From contig CAWJKD010000004.1 in the NCBI GenBank assembly GCA_963843415.1, forward strand, positions 80,424-144,423: a stretch of DNA of 64,000 nucleotides. The letters run 5' to 3'. Of the stretch, positions 50,200 to 60,710 are shown piece after piece (the stretch's first letter is position 1; the number at the start of each line of letters is the position of its first letter). A model generated the notes under the pieces. That model worked only from the letters and a program-made list of their open reading frames with translations. It was not told where the DNA came from and did no database searches. A program made the translations under genes and the position numbers. Source of the stretch: an uncultured Bacteroidota bacterium (GTDB lineage Bacteria; Bacteroidota; Bacteroidia; Bacteroidales; VadinHA17).

Positions 50200-51753
50200 A
50201 TGAAATTTTTAACAAAAAAATTCCCGTTTGCGATTTTGCTCTCTTGCATAATAATGATTTCCTGTACCGAGAAACAGGTAAGCATTTCTCTGCCAAGAAG
50301 TTTACCGGAAGCAGAAGGAGTATCTTCAAAGGCTATACTAACTTTTCTCGACTCGGCAGCAACAAGAGTACACGAATTTCATAGTTTCATGTTTCTTCGT
50401 CACGGCAAGGTCATTGCCGAAGGTTGGTGGGATCCTTACCGGCCTGATTTAAAACATACCCTTTATTCAACAAGCAAAAGTTTTACATCAACAGCAATAG
50501 GTCTTGCGGCAAGTGAAAATAAATTAAGTTTAGATGATAAAGTTATCTCAATTTTCCCGGAATCGTTACCTGATTCAGTCAGTCCCTTCCTTGAAGAACT
50601 TACGATAAGGCATATGCTTTCTATGACAGTAGGTCAGGGATGGGACCGTTCGGCTCCATCTTATACTACTGATGACTGGATAAAAGCATTTCTGGCAATG
50701 CCAATGGCTCATAAACCGGGTACAACATATATGTATAATTCCATGGCTTCATATATGCTTTCGGCAATAGTCCAGAAAGTGACGGGAGAAAAGGTGATCG
50801 ATTATCTCACTCCAAGGTTGTTCGAACCATTAGGGATCGAAGGAGCCGACTGGGAGACAGATTCAGATAATATCAATACCGGGGGCTGGGGTTTGAGACT
50901 GAAGACTGAAGACCTTGCAAAATTCGGATTGTTATATCTGAATAAAGGGAACTGGAATGGTAAGCAACTGCTTCCGGAATCATGGGTTGAAGAGGCTACA
51001 TCTCTGAAAATACATCAGAATCCGAAGCTTACGCAAGCGCAAAGAGATACATGCAATGACTCGATGCAGGGTTATTGTTACCAGTTCTGGCGTGCCCGTA
51101 ACAATTCATATATGGCTAACGGTGCCTTCGGCCAGTTTGTACTGATCATCCCTGAAAAAGATGCAGTGATCATCTTTACAGCAGAGTCTTCAGATATGTG
51201 GGGGGAATTAGGGATGGCCTGGGAATTTCTTGTGCCAGGAATAATGGGAGATAAATTACCGGAAGATAAAGAATCTGCGGATAAATTAAAGCAAAGATTA
51301 GCCTCTCTTGCGCTTCCTGTACCGCCAAAAAGCAATAATGAAACCAAAGCCTCAGAGATCTCGGGTAAAACTATCACCCTTTCAGAAAATCCGGGGAAAC
51401 TGCAGAGTTTAACTCTTCAGTTTAAGGATGATCTGTGTCTGGTTAATATTAAAACCGATACTGCTTCCTATGATATCTCATTTGGATCAGGAAAATGGTT
51501 TAAGGGAGAGACAACAAGGCATGCACCTTCAATTTTCGCGACAGCACAGAATAGTCTTGGTGGATTACCTCCTTTCAAAATTGCAGGAGCTTATTTCTGG
51601 CTCGATAACAGCACACTGGATCTGGTATTGCGTTATATCGATGCCATGCATACTGAGAAAATAACCCTGACTTTTGACAAGAATAAGGTAAAGGTCGATC
51701 TTGCCAACAGTATTGGCCGTGGCAGGCCGACCTCAATTGAGGGAAACATATAA
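50200..51753 (+). CDS. Serine hydrolase, class-C beta-lactamase / esterase fold, lipoprotein, with a ~150-aa C-terminal extension
   Basis: Lipobox MISC and SxxK nucleophile motif YSTSKSF. It is paralogous to 53921-55531. Confidence 0.8.
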   Translation: MKFLTKKFPFAILLSCIIMISCTEKQVSISLPRSLPEAEGVSSKAILTFLDSAATRVHEFHSFMFLRHGKVIAEGWWDPYRPDLKHTLYSTSKSFTSTAIGLAASENKLSLDDKVISIFPESLPDSVSPFLEELTIRHMLSMTVGQGWDRSAPSYTTDDWIKAFLAMPMAHKPGTTYMYNSMASYMLSAIVQKVTGEKVIDYLTPRLFEPLGIEGADWETDSDNINTGGWGLRLKTEDLAKFGLLYLNKGNWNGKQLLPESWVEEATSLKIHQNPKLTQAQRDTCNDSMQGYCYQFWRARNNSYMANGAFGQFVLIIPEKDAVIIFTAESSDMWGELGMAWEFLVPGIMGDKLPEDKESADKLKQRLASLALPVPPKSNNETKASEISGKTITLSENPGKLQSLTLQFKDDLCLVNIKTDTASYDISFGSGKWFKGETTRHAPSIFATAQNSLGGLPPFKIAGAYFWLDNSTLDLVLRYIDAMHTEKITLTFDKNKVKVDLANSIGRGRPTSIEGNI

Positions 51754-51884
51754 AGAAGAATAGCAGACCTGCTCCGCTTTGTATTCTTTTGGTTTCAAAG
51801 TTATTAGGTCTGATTGTGCGAATCAGTGCTCAGGCTGTATCGGACGAAGAAAGGGGATAAGAATAGTTTGTTGAAAGATATGAT

Positions 51885-53831
51885 CTAATAATCTGACAAG
51901 ATCATCCCGCCGTTAGGTTGTATTGTCACCTGAATTTCTCCTCTTTTATTAACTTTTAGTCTGTCTGTGAATGGAATTAGGTCTTTATCGTCTCCAATTC
52001 TTATAACCTCTTTTCCGGCAAGCACAGGAAGTTGTATTTTTAAATTCAGCATATTGCTTTGCGCATTTATTCCAGCCATGTACCATTTATTGTTATGCCG
52101 GCGGGCCAGTATGCAATATTTCCCCGGATATCCATCAATAAAAATTGTTTCGTCCCAGGTTGTCGGTACATTTTTCATGAAATCTGTTTCAAATGAAGGG
52201 ACATCGGTGAGGTTATTTGGAGTAATAGCAAACATTTGTACAGGATTCTGGAACAGAATGGCTGTGGCCAGCTGAAAGATATCGGTAGTGCGACGTCGTG
52301 TGCCACCATCGTTTGTCCGGTTATGTCGCTTATTAAGCAAAACGGGACCAAATTCCATACAACCTGCAGCATTCCGGATAAAGGGGTGCAAACAGGCATT
52401 AAAGGCTTCCAGATCATTTGCTCTCTGCCCAAAAATCAGATTTTCAGAAGACTGCACTGCCTCACTGCCAACAAAATTAGGGAACATACGTTCCCATCCC
52501 CTTGGAAGAGTACAACCGTGGAAAATAATCATCAATCCGTATTCATTGGCATCTGTCAGTATATCTTCGTACAGTTTCATGGTTTCCTGTTTATCTCCCC
52601 CGAAAAAATCAATCTTCAATCCCTTAACTCCCATGCTTTGCAGCCATATCATTTCTTTTTTTCGGGAAACGGCATTGCTTAATTTATTTTTAGGTCCCTG
52701 GGGCGCATCGTTCCAGAACCCGTTGGAGTTATACCATAAAAATACATCAACTCCTTTCGAATGAGCATATTCTATTAAACCGGGCATACGGTCATAACCG
52801 ATTTCTGTGTCCCACAAAGCGTCAATAAGAATATATTCATACCCTAAATCAGTAGCCAGGTTAATGTAGGTTACCTGATCATCGAAATTCATACTTCTGT
52901 CCTGCCACAAGATCCAACTCCAGGTAGATCGCCCATATTTGTATTCCTGAGAGGGTTCATACAAAGGTTCAACAAGATCGAAAGGAATTGTAGTTTCCAC
53001 AATGGGTTTAAGATTGTTACCAATGGTCAGAGTACGCCAGGGTGTGGAACCGGGCAATGAAAGTCCGGGAACAGCACTGCCAAGACCATTGTTCTCTCCC
53101 GGATCAGGATAGGCTATAGAATAGAGACCTTCAGCTGTCCCTTCGCTCAGATGGGATCCACAGTAAGTGCTTCTAACACCTGTTTCCGAAACAAGCACCC
53201 AGCCATCGTCCCCAATATGGAACAGACAGGGGAAAGTATAGCCCAAACCATATCTTGAGGGTGTTCCTATTGGTTCATCGGGATTATATCCTTCTTCGTA
53301 ACTGGGTTTAGTTCGTTTCCATCCAATCATTGGTGTCGCCTGAGGCGCCAGGAAGGTGGTTGTTTTTTTAGGAAAATTAAAACCGGTAATTTCCTTTTCA
53401 ATAATACAAACTGTTGTTTCACCATGTTGAGGTATCTGGTAATAAAAGCCTATATCGTTATTGCTAACACGAAAAACAACATCTATACTTTTATTTTCAC
53501 TATTTGTGAAGGTTACTGTAAGTCCGTTAGCCTCATAGTGTATTGACGCTCTTTTAATTCGATCCTGCAGATACTTTTTATCAATTTTATCCTTTTTTAT
53601 GGCTGAAATTTGCATTTTCCGGCTGAAATCCCCGATGTTTGTTACCAGCCCAAGAGGAGAATCTTCAAGCATGGGGATCCCATTGTAATCTGCCGAATAA
53701 AAGGGAATGCTATCCTTAATGAATACTGTCAGAATAAGTTTACCATCCGGGCCACTTACTGTATTTTGCTGAGAAAACATTGGTGAAGATAATAGTAACG
53801 ACAACAAAGAGAATAGCAGGTACTTTTTCAT
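51885..53831 (-). CDS. Glycoside hydrolase family 97 (SusB-like alpha-glycosidase)
   Basis: Signal peptide present. GH97 N-domain pattern GPDGKLILTV...SPLGL, and catalytic-region blocks ILIDALWD, LKIDFFGGDKQE and FHGCTLPRGWERMFPN. Confidence 0.7.
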   Translation of the reverse strand: MKKYLLFSLLSLLLSSPMFSQQNTVSGPDGKLILTVFIKDSIPFYSADYNGIPMLEDSPLGLVTNIGDFSRKMQISAIKKDKIDKKYLQDRIKRASIHYEANGLTVTFTNSENKSIDVVFRVSNNDIGFYYQIPQHGETTVCIIEKEITGFNFPKKTTTFLAPQATPMIGWKRTKPSYEEGYNPDEPIGTPSRYGLGYTFPCLFHIGDDGWVLVSETGVRSTYCGSHLSEGTAEGLYSIAYPDPGENNGLGSAVPGLSLPGSTPWRTLTIGNNLKPIVETTIPFDLVEPLYEPSQEYKYGRSTWSWILWQDRSMNFDDQVTYINLATDLGYEYILIDALWDTEIGYDRMPGLIEYAHSKGVDVFLWYNSNGFWNDAPQGPKNKLSNAVSRKKEMIWLQSMGVKGLKIDFFGGDKQETMKLYEDILTDANEYGLMIIFHGCTLPRGWERMFPNFVGSEAVQSSENLIFGQRANDLEAFNACLHPFIRNAAGCMEFGPVLLNKRHNRTNDGGTRRRTTDIFQLATAILFQNPVQMFAITPNNLTDVPSFETDFMKNVPTTWDETIFIDGYPGKYCILARRHNNKWYMAGINAQSNMLNLKIQLPVLAGKEVIRIGDDKDLIPFTDRLKVNKRGEIQVTIQPNGGMILSDY

Positions 53832-53920
53832 AAAACAATCAGATCGATTTATAGTAAAAAAAACTTAATACATAACCCAAACACTAATTAACTGATGATT
53901 AATGTTATATATTGCCCATG

Positions 53921-55531
53921 TTACAGGCTGTCTTTTATTTCCGTTCCGGTGAAGATAAGGTTACCAGATACCGGCTGTTCCATTCCAGGAGGACCCGGAC
54001 GCCGCCGGGTGGGCGCGATTATCTCCATCTTCAGCTGATCGCCCTCAAATGTAAACTGGAAAGTCTCATCAGAGCCCGGATTGAACATCGAGAGATAGTA
54101 GGCTGAAAGCTGATTAGGGGATTTCCAGGTACAGATACCAGCAGTATGGACCGGAGTGACTCCCATAGTATTTGGATAAACCGTACGAGCTATGGAGAGG
54201 CTGCGGTCAGTCATTCCGTGCAGCCAGTTGTCCAGTCCGAACGGGATATTGTGAACAGCACCGGCCGTACTAAAAGTAAGATAGCAATTTCCGGAGGCAT
54301 CGAAGCGAAACAGGACGGAACGAATTCCTGGTGCATTTTCCTCCATCTGATATCGCCGGGTACTCATGGTTATCTTTGATTTGCTGGTACCTTCGAACGG
54401 ACGTTTGGTCTCATAACCTTCAATCGCTGCATTAAGGTCGAATGACTTTTCGGCCTTGAGTTTCTTGCCGCTCATCGATGGCAGCATTTCGTATATCAGA
54501 TTATTAAAACCGGCCTCATCCCCGATACTGCTATGGCAGACCAGGATAAAATCATATTCCGGAATCACCATAATAAGCTGGTTCTGACCTCCGATAGCCC
54601 GGTAGGAGTTGTGGCGTCCCATCCAGATCTGATAGCCGTAACCCTGTGAGCCATCGTCAGCCGCATTCTCGTTCTCTTCCGGGGTACGTTCAGGATTCTG
54701 ATAGATATGAGGAGTTGTGGCTGCCTCGATCCAGGCCGGATCCAATAGTTGCTGTTCCTTCCATTTTCCTTTATTTATAAGGAACAGACCCATCTTTGCC
54801 ATATCTGAAGTTTTCATGTGAGACCCGCCGTTACCCATGTTATAGCCATCGTTATCCATTTCCCAGACTACGTCCTCAATGCCGAGGGGATCCAGCAGAC
54901 GAGGTTTCAGAAACTCATAAATGGATAAACCGCTGACCCTGGTGATGATGTGTGAGAGCATGTGAGAAGCTGTAATGTTATAAGCAAAAGAGGTGCCAGG
55001 CTCATGTGCGAAAGATGTCGCCAGAAACGAGCGTACCTGGCTGACTCCAGAACCGGCATATCGGGTTGAGGAATGGCCGACCGACATTGTCAGCAGGTGC
55101 CTGACGGAGAGCTCAGACAATTGAGTTGAAATCGTATCGGGAAGCAGATCGGGGAAGAATGAGATCACTTTATCTTCAATATTCAAGAGACCTTCCCGGA
55201 CAGCAAAACCGACGGCCATGGCTGTAAAGGTCTTCGTGGCGGAATACATGGCATGCTGGTACTGAGGAGCGTATGGCGCCCACCAGTGTTCAGCGATCAC
55301 CTTTCCATGACGGATCATCATCAATCCGTGCACCTCATATCCTTTTTCTTCAATCATCTGGAAGAACCGGGCGATGGTTCCGGAAGGAACGCCCTGTTCC
55401 TCGGGAGTACTTCTCGGCAATCCGTCATGATAAACGGTGTTGTTTTCAACTGAACTGGAACATCCGGTTACAAACATATACCCAAGAAGCAAAGTGATGA
55501 CCAACCAAAAATTTAAAAATCTTAATTTCAT
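53921..55531 (-). CDS. Serine hydrolase, class-C beta-lactamase / esterase fold, lipoprotein (paralog of 50200-51753)
   Basis: Lipobox VTGC and SxxK motif YSATKTF. Shared blocks with the paralog: RHGKVIAE.WW.PY and DKVIS.FP..LPD. Confidence 0.8.
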   Translation of the reverse strand: MKLRFLNFWLVITLLLGYMFVTGCSSSVENNTVYHDGLPRSTPEEQGVPSGTIARFFQMIEEKGYEVHGLMMIRHGKVIAEHWWAPYAPQYQHAMYSATKTFTAMAVGFAVREGLLNIEDKVISFFPDLLPDTISTQLSELSVRHLLTMSVGHSSTRYAGSGVSQVRSFLATSFAHEPGTSFAYNITASHMLSHIITRVSGLSIYEFLKPRLLDPLGIEDVVWEMDNDGYNMGNGGSHMKTSDMAKMGLFLINKGKWKEQQLLDPAWIEAATTPHIYQNPERTPEENENAADDGSQGYGYQIWMGRHNSYRAIGGQNQLIMVIPEYDFILVCHSSIGDEAGFNNLIYEMLPSMSGKKLKAEKSFDLNAAIEGYETKRPFEGTSKSKITMSTRRYQMEENAPGIRSVLFRFDASGNCYLTFSTAGAVHNIPFGLDNWLHGMTDRSLSIARTVYPNTMGVTPVHTAGICTWKSPNQLSAYYLSMFNPGSDETFQFTFEGDQLKMEIIAPTRRRPGPPGMEQPVSGNLIFTGTEIKDSL

Positions 55532-55643
55532 TCTATTATGCTGTTATGTATTTAGTTTCAAATATAACTCGGATTAGCAATACTGATCATTACAATAAAA
55601 GAACAGCTTAAGGCAACAAATCAGTAGCCCTGTGTCCTTTTTG

Positions 55644-57473
55644 TCAGGGGGCAAAGGCTCCGCAGAAGGGGTCTTTGTTATCTTTCAGCCTCATTATTTT
55701 AGCAATGTGAGAAGGAATAGTTGTGGCTGCATTTAAACCGGGAAATCCAGTCACAGGGCGAAAATCCTTGTTTGGTAAATCCACGAACAGCTGATCATCA
55801 AAATTTTTGAAGTATTGGCAATCGGTTGAAAATTCCGGTATCAAATTGTTGAGCTCCGTGGGGGAGTAAATATCTATCTGGCAATTTTCATCCGGGTAGG
55901 GGCTCCACTTCATCATTGGTGCATTATTGCCTCCTTCCTCATTTCCTCTGACAAAGATATTGTAGTTAAGAGTTTTTAGTTGCGGTTCGGTGAGCCGTTC
56001 GCACATGAAGGCCGGCTGTTCGGTTTGAAACAAGGGAGAATCATTCCCGTTGGCCATATAAAGCAGATTATTGACAAAGACATGTCCGTGTCGTTCCTCC
56101 ACCTTGGGTCCGACAGTAATATGCCAGCCGAAAAGTCCGATCTCGTCACCGCGGTTATTACGGCTGAAATTTATCCTGCTGTTGATCATTGTGTTATTAT
56201 ATACTTCCACATTACTCGCATTTAAAACAAAGATACCCTGGTCACAATCCTCAAATACATTTCCGGCCACAATGGCACCCTTAGAAATTTCAAAGAAGAA
56301 TCCGTTTTGGCTTACCTTTTCAACATGATTTCTGACAAATACTGCGTCGTGGTTTCCCACATCCCACCACACTCCGTTGGAATTGGGATGGTTGACCACC
56401 ATGTTTTCCCGAACGACGGCCCTGTGACTTTGGTTGAAAATCTTTACAGCCGCAGGGTAAAATCCGGTCCATCTCTCAAGATTGTTATTTTCAAAAATAT
56501 TTTTTTCGAGTAATATATCGGATGAAGCAACTATGTAAACTCCTTCAGTATTGGTGTTTACAACCTTACAGTTTCTCATCACCAGGCTGTCGCTGATAGT
56601 AAAAACTCCGATTCTGAAACAGTTAGAAAACGTGCAGTTTTCAAAAACGGTACCCACTACATCTTTTCCATGTTGGTCTATGGCCAGTCCTGTCCCTCCT
56701 ATATGAACCATGGTGTCTGGATATTGGGTAATGGTAAGCCCGTGAACAGACGGCCCTCTCTTATCAGGCTCCTTTCCATTCACCGGCTTTAAAGTGCGGT
56801 GCAGAGCCTTTCTGAAGGCAGTGATCTCAATGAAGCGGCCTGTCGGGTTGGTGCCAATGTAAATCTTGTTCTTGTCGTAATCGACAAAGCAGGAGCCCTC
56901 ACTGACTTCCTGGATGCTTCCTGTCGATTGAAGGAATTGCCCATCAATAAACACCGCATCGTTATTAAAACGATGCAAAGGGGTGAACTGCTCATTCCGT
57001 TCACGATTCCACCAGTCTTCGGGACCGGCCGGAAATAAATGTTTCCAATCGGTAACCCACAAACTATCTGCAACCTTTATCCAGGAATCGGCAACCAGAG
57101 TTCCGTTCAGTACCGGCTTTTCGTCGAGATAAGGTTGAATAATAATACCCTGATTGAAGGTCAGATTACCTGTGCGATAAATTCCACCACGCATTATAAT
57201 AGCATCGCCTGTAGCAACTCTTGCAAAGGCTTCCTCTATAGCAGTAGGATTATCAGGCGAGAAGCCATCAGAGGCTGCATCACCATCGGGTGAAACAAAG
57301 TAAATTACCCCTGGCACCTCGGGCAAATTGTAAGTTTTTGTTATAGGGCCATACTCAGGAGAAGGTGTCTGATCAGCAGACTGACGGCACGAAATAATTA
57401 CAGACAACAGAGCAATGAACCCCCAAAACTGAATGGAAAAAGAAAATGTTTTCATTTTTAAAATGTTTTTCAT
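55644..57473 (-). CDS. Right-handed parallel beta-helix repeat lipoprotein (polysaccharide lyase/hydrolase-like)
   Basis: Lipobox IISC. It has repeated N-x-x-(V/I)-x-N-N/C turns (NCTFSNC, RNCKVVN, EKNIFENN, YNNTMINS). 609 aa. Confidence 0.65.
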   Translation of the reverse strand: MKNILKMKTFSFSIQFWGFIALLSVIISCRQSADQTPSPEYGPITKTYNLPEVPGVIYFVSPDGDAASDGFSPDNPTAIEEAFARVATGDAIIMRGGIYRTGNLTFNQGIIIQPYLDEKPVLNGTLVADSWIKVADSLWVTDWKHLFPAGPEDWWNRERNEQFTPLHRFNNDAVFIDGQFLQSTGSIQEVSEGSCFVDYDKNKIYIGTNPTGRFIEITAFRKALHRTLKPVNGKEPDKRGPSVHGLTITQYPDTMVHIGGTGLAIDQHGKDVVGTVFENCTFSNCFRIGVFTISDSLVMRNCKVVNTNTEGVYIVASSDILLEKNIFENNNLERWTGFYPAAVKIFNQSHRAVVRENMVVNHPNSNGVWWDVGNHDAVFVRNHVEKVSQNGFFFEISKGAIVAGNVFEDCDQGIFVLNASNVEVYNNTMINSRINFSRNNRGDEIGLFGWHITVGPKVEERHGHVFVNNLLYMANGNDSPLFQTEQPAFMCERLTEPQLKTLNYNIFVRGNEEGGNNAPMMKWSPYPDENCQIDIYSPTELNNLIPEFSTDCQYFKNFDDQLFVDLPNKDFRPVTGFPGLNAATTIPSHIAKIMRLKDNKDPFCGAFAP

Positions 57474-57590
57474 TATAAACTAAAAAGGTGGATATTCAAA
57501 ATGCTGAAAAATATACAAACATTTGATTTAAGGTTTTTAAAATACATTCCATCAATTGTTCAGACCCGCTGCTACTCTGTTTTAAATGAT

Positions 57591-58025
57591 CTAGTCCCAA
57601 ACAAATTTCCAGATATTTTTTTGTTTTTTCCAGACTGTATGGAAAATGCCGGCACTTTCGTTTTTTCTGCCGGAGGAATCCGGAACTGAATATTTATATC
57701 TGCCATAAGTGTAACCAAGTGTTCCGCATTCTGAAATACCTACAAAATCAGGAGTCCAGATCAATCGGGCATTTGGATTTGAGTTTTTCTCATAGTAGTT
57801 TCTGATATTTTCCTTGCCGGTAATAAGAGAATCATTTCCTCTTCTGATTACTGCATTTTCGTCGGCAAAATAATAAAATGCTTCAACCAAACCTTTCTCA
57901 GAAGCCATGTCAGAAAATGCCTTTTCAGTCTGAAGGATTTCATTTCTGGCCGAATCAAGATCCACTGTCTGTTTACAAGATACCAGAAGCAGAGCAGAAA
58001 TTAAAAAAATAAAAATGTCTTTCAT
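57591..58025 (-). CDS. NTF2-like / SnoaL (DUF4440-type) lipoprotein
   Basis: Lipobox LVSC. 144 aa. The ending WKKQKNIWKFVWD is typical of DUF4440-like proteins. Confidence 0.55.
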   Translation of the reverse strand: MKDIFIFLISALLLVSCKQTVDLDSARNEILQTEKAFSDMASEKGLVEAFYYFADENAVIRRGNDSLITGKENIRNYYEKNSNPNARLIWTPDFVGISECGTLGYTYGRYKYSVPDSSGRKNESAGIFHTVWKKQKNIWKFVWD

Positions 58026-58094
58026 TGATTATTATTAATCGCCTGAACAGATTGTGAATGATTTAACAATACAACAGTAATCGTAAAATTGTTA

Positions 58095-58409
58095 TTATTT
58101 ATCTGTCAATTTCCCCATCAGAGAATCCAATGTCGCTTTCAGTTTTTTAATAGTATCATTAAGTGCCTTTTCTTTTGAACTGTTTTTACTTGTTACAACA
58201 ATCGGTCTCCGCCCTTCTAATCTTGCCTCAAGTCTGCATTGAATATCGTCTGTGCTTTTTTTATCAGCATTTTGATCTGAAAGATGTACTTCAATCCTGG
58301 TTATTTTGTTGGCGAACCGCTTAAAAGAACCATTTAGTTTTTCAGATACGAAAGATTCGAATTTAAGAGTCCTCTTAATATTCTTATCGGTGTTTAGTTG
58401 AATTATCAT
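58095..58409 (-). CDS. HPF/RaiA-family ribosome-associated (hibernation) factor, short form
   Basis: 104 aa. MIIQLNTDKNI...ITRIEVHLSD...CRLEARL pattern. Confidence 0.65.
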   Translation of the reverse strand: MIIQLNTDKNIKRTLKFESFVSEKLNGSFKRFANKITRIEVHLSDQNADKKSTDDIQCRLEARLEGRRPIVVTSKNSSKEKALNDTIKKLKATLDSLMGKLTDK

Positions 58410-58488
58410 ATTTCCGGTTTTTGAAGCCTAAGTTAAATACTATTTATCATTATTGTAAAATATCTGCTTATGTAATACCTAATAAACT

Positions 58489-59037
58489 TCATGTGTTATA
58501 TTTAATAATAATATTGGCAGGAGTTATTTTTTTTAATGTTTTAATTGTTTCAGTAATACTTAAGTCTCTCAATTTGTCAACAGGCCGGTCGGAAACGACA
58601 AGGTTTTCCTGATGTGAATCTCTGAAGTCAACAGATAAAATATAAGTATAGTATCCTGATTTACCTTCTGCAGCATTCAGAGCTGGGATATGCCGTTGTA
58701 ATTCGATTGTTTTAATTGAATCATAATAAAATTCCTCAGAAGAATCACCAATGCGTTTGACTATACATGTTCTTGTGAACTCAATATCTCCGATAGCAAT
58801 TATTTTTTTATTCTCAGACTTAAGTTTTCTATAAAAAAAGTAATAAAAACCCCCGATAACAAAAATTGTGGCAGGATATAACAATGCAAAACTGACCTTA
58901 AAAATTTGATGTACTACCAGATAAATTAACATAAACACGAAAGAGATGCTCCCGAAAATAGTACTCATCCGTCTTCTGCGCTTACCTATCCAGACAGGGT
59001 CATAATGGTCAATCCTGTAGATTGTATATTTACTCAT
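58489..59037 (-). CDS. Hypothetical membrane protein (2 TM segments plus a C-terminal soluble domain)
   Basis: 182 aa. Basic patch KRRRR, then two hydrophobic helices. I recognised no family. Confidence 0.45.
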   Translation of the reverse strand: MSKYTIYRIDHYDPVWIGKRRRRMSTIFGSISFVFMLIYLVVHQIFKVSFALLYPATIFVIGGFYYFFYRKLKSENKKIIAIGDIEFTRTCIVKRIGDSSEEFYYDSIKTIELQRHIPALNAAEGKSGYYTYILSVDFRDSHQENLVVSDRPVDKLRDLSITETIKTLKKITPANIIIKYNT

Positions 59038-59049
59038 CAGATAGTTTTA

Positions 59050-59815
<766 letters not shown>

Positions 59816-59844
59816 TTATTCTTTATTGTTTCTCAACTTACCTG

Positions 59845-60015
59845 TTATTTTTTATTTCTGAAATCCCGGAATCCTTCCCAGACAAGCAATGCACAGAGAA
59901 ATCCAATTAAAATAACCATCATTATTTTTGAACTGCTCTCAAAGAAAAGCAGATAGGTCAGGAATGCCAGGGCAAACCATTTGAACACATAGAAAAGTAA
60001 CTTAAAATTTTTCAT
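59845..60015 (-). CDS. Possible small membrane protein (56 aa, below the ORF-track cutoff)
   Basis: My own translation: MKNFKLLFYVFKWFALAFLTYLLFFESSSKIMMVILIGFLCALLVWEGFRDFRNKK. It has two hydrophobic helices and a basic tail, and it fills an otherwise empty 318-bp gap. Confidence 0.3.
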   Translation of the reverse strand: MKNFKLLFYVFKWFALAFLTYLLFFESSSKIMMVILIGFLCALLVWEGFRDFRNKK

Positions 60016-60127
60016 ATCATATTTATTGACACGGTAATAAAATATTTGAGTTAATTCAGGTTATTTGGTTTTAAAAGTATGCTGATGGCCTGGCAATAAA
60101 AATAATAGTTTTTATTAGTAATGGAGA

Positions 60128-60622
60128 TTATGACGACAATTTTAAAATCATGGTCATTGAATCATCAACCGGTTTATAATCTTCAAAACCAATTTTTTTG
60201 TATAGATCATAAGCGTAATTTATTTTGTCAACGCTTAAAGATACTTGCTTATAACCCTTATAAGTCAAATCTGTAGTCATTTTTTTAAGAAGTAATGTTC
60301 CTATACCTTTTTTCCGGAACTGTTCATATACTGCCATGCTTAGTTCTGGAGTATCAGAATCAACAAATCCAAATGCTTTATTTGTTTCATTAAAATGTCT
60401 TGTCCAGACCGCCCCAACTAATTCTCCATTTACTTCTGCAACAAAGCATAAATCACCTTCTCTCCCGAAATCCTTAATATATTGTGAAATTTCAGGATGC
60501 TCAATAATAATTTCAGAAAGTTTCTCATTGCCGGGAGGGACAAAAATTGCATTGTAAAGCATTTTATCGAGAAAACCAATCTCCGATTTCTTAATGGGTC
60601 TTATGATGAAAGAGTCATTCAT
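60128..60622 (-). CDS. GNAT-family N-acetyltransferase
   Basis: Acetyl-CoA site FRKKGIGTLLL. 164 aa. Confidence 0.8.
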   Translation of the reverse strand: MNDSFIIRPIKKSEIGFLDKMLYNAIFVPPGNEKLSEIIIEHPEISQYIKDFGREGDLCFVAEVNGELVGAVWTRHFNETNKAFGFVDSDTPELSMAVYEQFRKKGIGTLLLKKMTTDLTYKGYKQVSLSVDKINYAYDLYKKIGFEDYKPVDDSMTMILKLSS

Positions 60623-60710
60623 AGTTCAACTTGTTTATGTCTTTGTTGGCCGGATCAGCGTTTATTTCCGAAATCCGACTGTATTAGCAGTATATAGGAT
60701 TTGTTATTTA

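Noticed and set aside
51967-52764. Plus-strand ORFs (102, 148 and 158 aa) and a minus-strand 85-aa ORF inside the GH97 gene
   Set aside because: They overlap a long motif-bearing GH97 reading frame. No independent signals were seen.
53921-57473. A call of horizontally acquired island based on elevated GC
   Set aside because: Spot counts of single 60-nt lines are high here (30-34/60), but a conserved ATPase segment (45901-45960) is equally high (33/60). GC judged by eye is not discriminating. The observation is kept only as a note inside the cluster finding, pending a proper sliding-window calculation.
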